DNA of 64,000 nucleotides from Eledone cirrhosa (Eukaryota): NCBI GenBank assembly GCA_964016885.1, contig OZ024751.1, positions 45,508,001 to 45,572,000 of the forward strand, read 5' to 3'. Shown piece by piece: positions 14,163 to 25,600 of this stretch (position 1 is its first letter; each line of letters starts with the position of its first letter). The notes under the pieces were generated by a model. It saw only the letters and a program-made list of their open reading frames with translations, ran no database searches and was not told where the DNA came from. The position numbers and the translations under genes were made by a program.

Positions 14163-14572
14163 TGGGAGAGATGACCCCTTAGCCTTTGTCAAGGCAGAAT
14201 TCTAGGAGAAGGAAAACTCTGATATAACACCTGCAACTCTGATGGTATCCAATGATGTTGACTTGTTCTTCTTTTTGGTAAATATCATCTTGGTTAAGAG
14301 AGTGGGACTGGCTTTGTGCAGTTCCTTTGCTCACTATAAAAGCTTCACGGCACAGGCATTGCTTTATATCTGGAGATCTCCCTGCACTTGTCGTCACATG
14401 ATACCATGGGCCCAGCACTAAGTGTCAATAATTGTCACAAGTGTAGTGTTTGTACCAGAGTTTTCAAGTCGCTGGCTGGACTAAAAAGTCACACTCGTTC
14501 AGCGCATCGGTAGGGGTTCTCCTACATGGATATAAAGTAGTGGCCGTACTCGAAAACGAGTTGGCAGCCACC
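14163..14572 (+). mobile_element. Non-autonomous bipartite RTE derivative, 5'-truncated
   Basis: Near-identical to 15268-15860 and 40561-41161. Confidence 0.8.
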
Positions 14573-14581
14573 ATGTATATA

Positions 14582-14622
<41 letters not shown>

Positions 14623-14635
14623 ATATATGTATATA

Positions 14636-14746
<111 letters not shown>

Positions 14747-14780
14747 ATATATATATGTATGTATGTATATATATATGTAT

Positions 14781-15164
14781 GTTCTTCTGGTTTTATAATT
14801 TCACAAAGTTTTACCAATAGAGAGAGAGAGTCGGTTTCTAACATAGACACAAGACTCTCTCATTGGAATTTACACAACATCAACTAGGTAGATATGTATG
14901 CATGCATGTGTAGATATGGATGTTATTGTATGTGTGGAGGTGTATATTTTGAGTTGTATATGTGCATGTGTATATGCTTTGTATCTGTACATGTGTATAT
15001 GCAGTTATTAGATGCAAAATTTTTGGAATGTTTTACATATTTTTACTGTTCCATTAATGGATTGCACTTGTAGTTTCCTAACTAGTTGTGTTCTTTCTGT
15101 TCCTGTGAAGCCTAGCTTCTCAAGATTTGTATTGAGGCAGTTACTAACATATCCCAGTGCCCCA

Positions 15165-15165
<1 letters not shown>
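14781..15165 (-). mobile_element. 3' end of an RLE-type non-LTR retrotransposon (R4/Dong-like group)
   Basis: Translates IGALGYVSNCL..NLEKLGF.......LQ....NGTVKICKTF*, followed by a 3' UTR and a microsatellite. Confidence 0.7.
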
Positions 15166-15195
<30 letters not shown>

Positions 15196-15267
15196 TGTAT
15201 GTATGTATGTATGTATGTATGTATGTATGTATGTATGTATGTATGTATGTATGTATGTATGTATGTA

Positions 15268-15860
15268 TTGGTGCTACTGGTAACATGTATTCCAGTACAA
15301 CCTGTCTCATGGTCGGGTCGTTGGCGACTAAACTGGCAACCCCACCAAGGTTTCTTGGTGAGGAGGGTGACTTTGGACATCCTGCAGGACTAAAAACAAA
15401 ACCTGTCAAAGGACAAAGGAGCTCTTAAGAGTCAATGGCCATCCAAAATCACTGGGAGAGATGACCCCTTAGCCTTTGTCAAGGCAGAATTCTAGGAGAA
15501 GGAGCACTCTGATATAACACCTGCAACTCTGATGGTATCCAATGATGTTGACTTGTTCTTCTTTTTGGTAAATATCATCTTGGTTAAGAGAGTGGGACTG
15601 GCTTTGTGCAGTGCCTTTGCTCACTATAAAAGCTTCACATCACAGACATTGCTTTATATCTGGAGATCTCTCTGCACTTGTCGTCACATGGTACCATGGG
15701 CCCAGCACTGTGTCAATAATTGTCACAAGTGTAGTGTTTGTACCAGAGTTTTCAAGTCGCTGGCTGGACTAAAAAGTCACACTCGTTCAGCGCATCGGTA
15801 AGGGTTCTCCTACATGGATATAAAGTAGTGGCCGTACTCGAAAACGAGTTGGCAGCCACC
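15268..15860 (+). mobile_element. Non-autonomous bipartite RTE derivative
   Basis: RTE-5'UTR-like segment (CTAGGAGAAGGA..ACTCTGAT) joined to a last-finger coding remnant [23 protein letters not shown] and a 3' stem-loop. Confidence 0.8.
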
Positions 15861-15953
15861 ATATATATATGTATGTATGTATATATATGTATGTATGTAT
15901 ATATATATATGTATGTATATATATATGTATGTATATATATATGTATGTATATG

Positions 15954-16012
<59 letters not shown>

Positions 16013-16100
16013 GTATGTATATATATATGTATGTATGTATATATATATGTATATATATATATGTATGTATCTGTTAGAACACGAAAAGTGTGAAACAACA

Positions 16101-16618
16101 GAATGTTCACTTTTCGTGTTCTAACATATATGCGTAGCTTCTTAAAAAATTTTTCGGGGATAGCCGTGGTGGTGGTGATCGTATGTCATTGGCTAATTTT
16201 CAACCAATCAGAGTACCTCTCTCTATATCTCTTCCACTGTTACTTACGCCTGTTTCTCTCTATCTGTTCCGTCTCTATATATATCTCTTACTCTTTCGCT
16301 TTGCACTCCTCCCCTTCAATACCATCTCTCCCCCTCTCTATATATTTGTTACTCTATCGCTGCACGCTCCTCTCCTTCAATATATCAATTACACACGCTT
16401 TACACTCCTTTATCCCCAGCGCCCCTATATATACACCCCCCCTCTCCCGCATCTATATTTTAATGTACCGTTGCACCGTGAATATATGTGTCTATATATA
16501 TATACATATATATTGTATATACACATTCATGTATGTGTATACACACTCATGTATGTATATACACTGGTTTTATGTGTGTATTGTAAATTTGTACTGTTAA
16601 AACACGAAACTAACATTC
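16101..16618. mobile_element. Putative TIR element (MITE)
   Basis: Ends GAATGTTCACTTTTCGTGTTCTAACA and TGTTAAAACACGAAACTAACATTC are imperfect inverted repeats; no clear TSD. Confidence 0.4.
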
Positions 16619-17485
16619 GATTGACACTTTGATTACCTGTACAGGCAATAGTTATTAGAATGCTGTTGACGTGTGTATATATTTTTGGGGGACATCCTGT
16701 ATATACACACATTATATATAATACAATAAACAGATAAATACACACATATATATATGAGCTTATTTAATTATAAATATTGTGAATTTTTAACTCAGTTCAA
16801 TTATATATATAAATGGTTTCTACAGGACTAGAACTGTTTCATTCGAAAGAAATCATCATAATATTGAGAGGGGGGACTAGATAAAATATTTCAAATCAAA
16901 TGTGTATAAGTTATAAGTTAAAATGTATAAATAGAGACGATAGTGGAGGTATATCTGTTTAGTGGAACAGTAGACGATAGAATTAAATACAGACGATAAT
17001 CTCCCTTTAATGAAACAGCAGACGATAGAATTAAGGCAATTTAAATTTTAAGCATTTGCATTTTTGCCTTTCATCGTTACGGGGTCGATAAAATAAAGTA
17101 CCAGTAATACACTGTCACTAGACGACTTTCAAATTGAATTGTTGGTTCCATTTCTTTAGTATTTTCAATTGTAGTTATCTACTTAAAAAGCGTTACACGG
17201 TTAGAGACATAATTCGTAAGTTATATCTTCCCTATTAAACCATTGCATTATTTCGCCTACAATAGAACAAAAATGAAATGTTCTTTAAAGAAACAGGAAT
17301 ATAACTTTATAAAAAAAAAAGTTGCATCCGCTTCTTTTATCATTGATAATTTTTTCGTTTTAATATTAATTGTTTTTTGTAGTTGTTTATATTAAAAATC
17401 TTACTGTAATATTTACTTAAACGAAGGCAAACATCTAAACTTATAGATTAATCTTGAGCGAAGGACTAGATAAATCTCTCTCCCC

Positions 17486-17522
<37 letters not shown>

Positions 17523-17899
17523 AACGAAGAATGATAAAATTTCAAGCAAAGAGTTTAATTAGGTATATTTTGTAATATTATTAACTAATTATTATAATTA
17601 ACGCGCATATTTTGCTATCCTCAAACACGTTTACACATGGCATGAAATATAACTAATCCGAGATGGCTAGGTTTCATCTTCTAACTGGATATACGAAATC
17701 CATTATGTCTTGACAACAACATGAGGTAACATTATGTTATTCACAGACACACTTTGTACACTGTTCCATATCAGAATGTATTTCCTTCGTCACATTCACA
17801 AACAGTATTGAAAATATGTTCTTCGGCAAATAAAAATGTTTTGTTCATAATATTTCAACTAGCGATTGCTCTACTCCACGCACGACCACCATAAATTAA

Positions 17900-18090
17900 T
17901 GACCAGCTCAACACAAGTATTGGTAGAGCGTCAGACACCATGCTTTGCAGTATTGTTATGGTCCTTTGCATTCTAAGTTCAAATCCTGCCGAGGTTAACT
18001 TCGACTTTCATACTTACTAATTCGATAAAATAAAGTACCAGTAATGGACTGCCGTAATGGATTTGTGCCGAAAAATAGAAACACTATTAA
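17900..18090 (+). mobile_element. tRNA-derived SINE with Deu/Nin-like central domain, degenerate
   Basis: B-box GTTCAAATCC then GCCGAGGT.AACTT..CTTTCAT...CGATAAAATAAAGTACCAGT. Related fragments lie near 17060-17120, 21980-22080, 38090-38160, 60130-60250, 60430-60610 and 61040-61190 (-). Confidence 0.65.
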
Positions 18091-18639
18091 TGTGCAATAA
18101 GAGCAAAATATAACGACATTGCTCAATTATTTTATCTAATGTTGTAATAACACAAGGAAATGTTGTTTGTGTATTTTTTTTTATATTTGCTCATAGGCTT
18201 TTACAATTTCGCTCAGCCAACAACTATTAAAAAGTGAGTTGCTTAAGATAACAATTTAATCACAAATTGTTGCTATCTTTTAATACACTCCAACAAGTCA
18301 TCAAATTATGTACAATAAAAACAAATCTTATTAATTTGCTCAGGGAATATAAAGAAAATGTATATACACTGATAATTGCAATTGTATGTAAATATTTTGT
18401 TTTTGTATTGTATATTTTATGTTTTCTATTATGTATAATATATTGATTTAATATTGATTGTTTTTTGTAGTTGTTTATATTAAAAGTCTGAAAATATTTT
18501 TATACATCTTACACTAATATTTATAAGATAATTTATAATAACAATTACATAATCTAATTACATTACAACGATAATTTATTATTAATATATATCCTGTTTA
18601 ACTAGAGTTATTACAAGCGTTGCCTTAAAAAAATATTAA

Positions 18640-19596
18640 ACTAGACATGAAAAATGCGCAAGCTCAAAAGTGCCACAGAATGTTATAATAAACCTTCAAA
18701 AGTGTGGGACTAGAGTTGTTGCTAAAAAATATTGTAATCATTATATATCGTACATTCTGTGGCATCCTTTATAAAAATAGCTTAAACCAACGAAGCCTTT
18801 ATTTTTACGCTATTTCACTTAGTTAATTCTTAGAGTGTAACATATAAAAATAAATACATCTATGTTTAATGTAATAACAGCTATAAATAATTACGTAATA
18901 TTATTATCATATACTCATAGTAACAAAATAATTGTGTTGAAACTTAATATGATGCTTATATGAACGATCAAATCTATAATGATAATTTCTTAAATATACT
19001 AATAGTAAAATAATTTAGTTATCTATTGTTACATTTTCATAGAACTATAATATTAACAATCGTATTGCATTATCAAATTTTTATCACTACAAACTTTCAT
19101 ATTGGAATTACCTTAAGCCACTTATTATTACTTCGCTTTCGTACTTTTACAGCTGTAGATATTGCGCTGTATCTTATATCTAATATCAATATCTCGTGGT
19201 AATTTGCATGAAGTGTAAAATAGGTTTATTAATAACTTTAATATGAAATGTATTATACAGGGCTGCGGAGTCGGCCAAAAATTGACTGGCTCCAACTCAG
19301 GATCCGATACTCCATTATTTCCTAAATTTCAGCTCCGCAGCTCTGTTATTATATTAATTAATTTATTTTATAGTTGTAAATGATATTTTTATATGTTACA
19401 CTCTAAGAATTAACTAAGTGAAATAGCGTAAAAATAAAGGCTTCGTTGGTTTAAGCTATTTTTATAAAGGATGCCACAGAATGTACGATATATAATGATT
19501 ACAATATTTTTTAGCAACAACTCTAGTCCCACACTTTTGAAGGTTTATTATAACATTCTGTGGCACTTTTGAGCTTGCGCATTTTTCATGTCTAGT
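18640..19596. repeat. 213-bp inverted duplication (18640-18852 / 19384-19596)
   Basis: I found no mismatches by eye between the two arms. Confidence 0.9.
19258..19345. mobile_element. Tiny hAT-type MITE
   Basis: TIR CAGGGCTGCGGAG / CTCCGCAGCTCTG; flanks GTATTATA / TTATTATA (7 of 8 TSD match). Confidence 0.65.
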
Positions 19597-19668
19597 ATAT
19601 ATATGTATATATGTATATATATATATATATATGTATGTGTGTATGTATGTATATATATATGTATGTCA

Positions 19669-19928
19669 GGCTTTGTGCAGTGCCTTTGCTCACTATAAAA
19701 GCTTCACGGCACAGGCATTACTTTATATCTGGAGATCTCTCTGCCCTTGTCGTCACATGGTACCATGGGCCTAGCACTATGTGTCAATAATTGTCACAAG
19801 TGTAGTGTTTGTACCAGAGTTTTCAAGTCGCTGGCTGCACAAAGTCACACTCGTTCAGCGCATCGGTAGGAGTTCTCCTACATGGATATAAAGTAGTGGC
19901 CGTACTCGAAAATGAGTTGGCAGCCACC
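19669..19928 (+). mobile_element. Bipartite RTE derivative, 3' fragment
   Basis: Matches 15599-15860. Confidence 0.8.
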
Positions 19929-19980
19929 ATGTATGTATATATATATGTATGTATGTATATATATATATATATATGTATGT

Positions 19981-20299
19981 GTTATCTCTTTCTCTTAATT
20001 TCGTGTATATTTTTTTGACCGGCCACCTTCCTGGTGGCAAGGTTGTAAAAGAAAAGAAATTGTCATCCCTTGAATCGCAAGAATGTTTTGCAAATTTTGA
20101 AGGTGCCAGCTATCGCAGCCATTTGTAGACTATGAATTAGGGAGCTGCGCTTTTTGTCCGCAAATCCAAGTTCAGTCATACTTTGGTCCAAGCTGGTTGG
20201 TATATAACCCGTAGCTCCGATAATGATGGGTATGAAGCTAAAGGTGTATCTTGGATACTGTATTTGTAAACTCCTCATCAATGAGGAGTTTACAAAGAA
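19981..20299 (-). mobile_element. 3' end of an RLE-type LINE (second family)
   Basis: Translates FIPIIIGATGYIPTSL......LGF........LQMAAIAGTFKICKTFLRF*; a second copy lies at 41191-41392. Confidence 0.75.
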
Positions 20300-20818
20300 A
20301 CGTACATACATATATGTATACAGACGTACAGTAGTATGCATATATATATATATACATACATGCACACATATATATATGTACGTATGGATTCACTGAACAT
20401 TTATTATAATGCTCGGTGTGTTTGTAAACAAACATCACGAATTAAGCCGTACAGTGTCTATCAACCAACGTTGCTCATTTGTTAAACACTGACAAAGGAA
20501 CGCTGTACTAGTTTCAAGCTTATTAGCTATCGTCAGCAACGTATAGCTTCCTGCCAGATGGTTGAACGTCTGAAAGTATATACTTTCCTTATGCATATTA
20601 ACGGCTGAGCAGCCTAATTTGCATATCGAGTGAGTTAATCGGCCGAGGTACCGAAACGATAAACGGCTTAATTCGGGATGTTTGTTTACAAACACACGGA
20701 GCATTATAATAAATGTTCGGTGAATCCATACGCACATATATATATGTATGTATGTATGTATATATATATATACATACTACTGTACGTCTGTATACATATA
20801 TGTATGTACGTATACATA

Positions 20819-20820
<2 letters not shown>
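20300..20820 (-). mobile_element. Hammerhead-containing unit copy 2 with inverted partial duplication
   Basis: Inverted arms at about 20300-20450 / 20663-20810; the core is the reverse complement of about 12843-13060. Confidence 0.72.
20500..20542 (-). ncRNA. Minimal type-I hammerhead ribozyme
   Basis: ACGTTG-CTGACGA-T-AGCT-AATA-AGCT-T-GAAA-CTAG-TA-CAGCGT. Confidence 0.75.
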
Positions 20821-20882
<62 letters not shown>

Positions 20883-21548
20883 TATACAATTCCGCACAAC
20901 ATTTATCGGATAAATACACCCCAAACTGAGATAAATCCGGACATACTTATAACAGGCAAACTTACAAGGCACATAGGGGAACACACACGCACATATGTAT
21001 GTATATATGTATATGTATGTATGTATATATATATATATACACGTGTGTGTGTGTGCATACTCAGAGACCCACTGGCACACGTAGATAAACACATTTGTAT
21101 ATTTATGTCTTCTTAACGACAAGCATTCCTGAGATATTTTAGATCAAACTTAGAGATAGCTAGATATAGAGATAGATAGCTAGATAGATATAAACAGACA
21201 GATAGATAGATAGATAGAAGAGATTTGTTGAACGACATTTGTGATCGTCTGCCCGAATTATTTGCAATATCACGTCCGCGTCAAATAACTTTGACCTCGT
21301 ATTTTAAGTTTGAACCTTCCTATGTGCTTATGTTCAATTGATTTTGAAAAGATTATACCATTTTCAATTCACCAGATATAAATATTACGCCCCCCTCTCT
21401 CTCTCCCTCTCTCTCTCTCTATATATATATATATACATATATACACACACATATAATATATACACACATATACATATATACACACATATACATATATACA
21501 CACATATATACACACATATATACACACATATACATATATACACACACA

Positions 21549-21583
<35 letters not shown>

Positions 21584-21707
21584 CTTCTGTATATCTGGGT
21601 ATATCTTCTTGTTGATCTTCTTCCTCAATGAAAACGCCTACCGAATACAAGCCGAAAACGCTAGGCTTTCGCGGTCGCGTTGTTACCCGCCCTCCCTCTC
21701 TCTCCCC

Positions 21708-21756
<49 letters not shown>

Positions 21757-22115
21757 CCTCTCTCTCTCTGTATATATATATATATATCGCACACATTTGT
21801 GTGCTTTGCTGCATTCGTTCTACTTATCATCGCTCCGAGTTCAAATCCTATGAAAGTGAATCTCGGTTTTCCCACTAAAACTAACATTGTTATTGAAATT
21901 TTCTTCAACAGTGTGTTGTAAATGGTTGTGTAGCAATATAGAAATACATTTACGAGTATTTAGCAGATGGGATTCATTATTCCACCGAGGTCAACTTTGC
22001 CTTTCATTCTTGTGAGTCCAGTACTTGTGTCGATTTAACCAACCTTCTCCTCCCCCCTAATTGCTGGCTTATGTTAGAAACCCTATATCTAATGTGGTAG
22101 GCTCTTCTACGTGTA

Positions 22116-22260
22116 TACGAGGGTGGACTGAAAAGTTCATAGGCTGACTATGAAGGATTGATGAAAGAGCTGTGAAATCTTGCATGCATTAATTTCAACT
22201 CTTCTTATTAATAATAACCGTATTGTTTCTTTCCAGGGACTATGTTGAAAAATAGACCTC
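22116..22260 (+). mobile_element. Tc1/mariner-like terminal fragment
   Basis: TA-CGAGGGTGGACTGAAAAGTTC resembles mariner TIRs; no partner end found. Confidence 0.4.
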
Positions 22261-22501
22261 ATTTCAAGCGTTAAACTAATATATTCCTTCCATGTGTTGT
22301 GCAGTTTGCTTTGTTAATTTTGTTATTTCTGTTTACCTTTATCGTTAACATTAATATACAAATTATTAATCAAGTAGAATTATTTAAAACTTTTTACCCG
22401 AAAGCTTTTAGAGAAGGGCCTCAAATTTCATATAGCTTAGGGCCTCAGCAGGTGAAAGTCCGGCCCTGCATTGAAGTCATTGTTAAATAATTGTAGACGG
22501 T

Positions 22502-22564
22502 CATGTTGGGATCGAACGCTGGACCTAGGGATTGTGAATCGAACAGTTTAACCATTCGACCATA
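22502..22564 (-). pseudogene. Degenerate tRNA-like or SINE head
   Basis: A-box TGGTCGAATGG and B-box GTTCGATCC on the minus strand; stems are poorly paired. Confidence 0.45.
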
Positions 22565-22605
22565 TTCTGTCAGCAACTGAAAGTTTAGGCTACTTCTGGT
22601 GGAAA

Positions 22606-25600
22606 CTAAAACCAGTAGTTTATTGACATCTCTAGCGTGTACCTGAACAACTTGTAGAAATGTGGGTCCCTTCTAATCTTTAAACCCAACCAGTAGTTTA
22701 TTGACATCTCTAGCGTGTACCGGAACAACTTGTAGAAATGTGGGTCCCTTCTAATCTTTAAACCCAACCAGTAGTTTATTGACATCTCTAGCTTGTACCT
22801 GAACAACTTGTAGAAATGTGGGTTCCTTCTGATCTTTAAACCCAACCAGTAGTTTATTGACATCTCTAGCTTGTACCTGAACAACTTGTAGAAATGTGGG
22901 TCCCTTCTGATCTTTAAACCCAACCAGTAGTTTATTGACATCGCTAGCTTGTACCTGAATAACTTGTAGAAATGTGGGTCCCTTCTGATTTTCAAACCCA
23001 ACCAGTAGTTTATTGACATCTCTAGCTTGTACCTGAACAACTTGTAGAAATGTGGGTCCCTTCTGATCTTTAAACCCAACCAGTAGTTTATTGACATCTC
23101 TAGCTTGTACCTGAACAACTTGTAGAAATGTGGGTCCCTTCTGATCTTTAAACCCAACCAGTAGTTTATTGACATCTCTAGCTTGTACCTGAACAACTTG
23201 TAGAAATGTGGGTCCCTTCTAATCTTTAAACCCAACCAGTAGTTTATTGACATCTCTAGCTTGTACCTGAACAACTTGTAGAAATGTGGGTCCCTTCTAA
23301 TCTTTAAACCCAACCAGTAGTTTATTGACATCTCTAGCTTGTACCTGAACAACTTGTAGAAATGTGGGCCCCTTCTGATCTTTAAACCCAACCAGTAGTT
23401 TATTGACATCGCTAGCTTGTACCTGAACAACTTGTAGAAATGCGGGTCCCTTCTGATCTTTAAACCCAACCAGTAGTTTATTGACATCGCTAGCTTGTAC
23501 CTGAACAACTTGTAGAAATGTGGGCCCCTTCTGATCTTTAAACCCAACCAGTAGTTTATTGACATCGCTAGCTTGTACCTGAACAACTTGTAGAAATGCG
23601 GGTCCCTTCTGATCTTTAAACCCAACCAGTAGTTTATTGACATCGCTAGCTTGTACCTGAACAACTTGTAGAAATGTGGGTCCCTTCTGATCTTTAAACC
23701 CAACCAGTAGTTTATTGACATCGCTAGCTTGTACCTGAACAACTTGTAGAAATGTGGGTCCCTTCTGATCTTTAAACCCAACCAGTAGTTTATTGACATC
23801 TCTAGCTTGTACCTGAACAACTTGTAGAAATGTGGGTCCCTTCTGATCTTTAAACCCAACCAGTAGTTTATTGACATCTCTAGCTTGTACCTGAACAACT
23901 TGTAGAAATGTGGGTCCCTTCTAATCTTTAAACCCAACCAGTAGTTTATTGACATCTCTAGCTTGTACCTGAACAACTTGTAGAAATGTGGGTCCCTTCT
24001 AATCTTTAAACCCAACCAGTAGTTTATTGACATCTCTAGCTTGTACCTGAACAACTTGTAGAAATGTGGGTCCCTTCTGATCTTTAAACCCAACCAGAAG
24101 TTTATTGACATCGCTAGCTTGTACCTGAACAACTTGTAGAAATGCGGGTCCCTTCTGATCTTTAAACCCAACCAGTAGTTTATTGACATCTCTAGCTTGT
24201 ACCTGAACAACTTGTAGAAATGTGGGTCCCTTCTGATCTTTAAACCCAACCAGTAGTTTATTGACATCTCTAGCTTGTACCTGAACAACTTGTAGAAATG
24301 TGGGTCCCTTCTGATCTTTAAACCCAACCAGTAGTTTATTGACACCTCGAGCTTGTACCTGAACAACTTGTAGAAATGCGGGTCCCTTCTAATCTTTAAA
24401 CCCAACCAGTAGTTTATTGACACCTCGAGCTTGTACCTGAACAACTTGTAGAAATGCGGGTCCCTTCTAATCTTTAAACCCAACCAGTAGTTTATTGACA
24501 CCTCGAGCTTGTACCTGAACAACTTGTAGAAATGCGGGTCCCTTCTAATCTTTAAACCCAACCAGTAGTTTATTGACATCTCTAGCTTGTACCTGAACAA
24601 CTTGTAGAAATGTGGGTCCCTTCTGATTTTCAAACCCAACCAGTAGTTTATTGACATCTCTAGCTTGTACCTGAACAACTTGTAGAAATGCGGGTCCCTT
24701 CTGATCTTTAAACCCAACCAGTAGTTTATTGACATCTCTAGCTTGTACCTGAACAACTTGTAGAAATGTGGGTCCCTTCTGATCTTTAAACCCAACCAGT
24801 AGTTTATTGACACCTCGAGCTTGTACCTGAACAACTTGTAGAAATGTGGGTCCCTTCTGATCTTTAAACCCAACCAGTAGTTTATTGACACCTCGAGCTT
24901 GTACCTGAACAACTTGTAGAAATGTGGGTCCCTTCTGATTTTCAAACCCAACCAGTAGTTTATTGACATCGCTAGCTTATACCTGAACAACTTGTAGAAA
25001 TGTGGGTCCCTTCTGATCTTTAAACCCAACCAGTAGTTTATTGACACCTCGAGCTTGTACCTGAACAACTTGTAGAAATGCGGGTCCCTTCTGATCTTTA
25101 AACCCAACCAGTAGTTTATTGACATCGCTAGCTTGTACCTGAACAACTTGTAGAAATGCGGGTCCCTTCTGATCTTTAAACCCAACCAGTAGTTTATTGA
25201 CATCGCTAGCTTGTACCTGAACAACTTGTAGAAATGTGGGTCCCTTCTAATCTTTAAACCCAACCAGTAGTTTATTGACACCTCGAGCTTGTACCTGAAC
25301 AACTTGTAGAAATGTGGGTCCCTTCTGATTTTCAAACCCAACCAGTAGTTTATTGACATCTCTAGCTTGTACCTGAACAACTTGTAGAAATGCGGGTCCC
25401 TTCTGATCTTTAAACCCAACCAGTAGTTTATTGACATCTCTAGCTTGTACCTGAACAACTTGTAGAAATGCGGGTCCCTTATGATTTTCAAACCCAACCA
25501 GTAGTTTATTGACATCTCTAGCTTGTACCTGAACAACTTGTAGAAATGCGGGTCCCTTCTGATCTTTAAACCCAACCAGTAGTTTATTGACATCTCTAGC

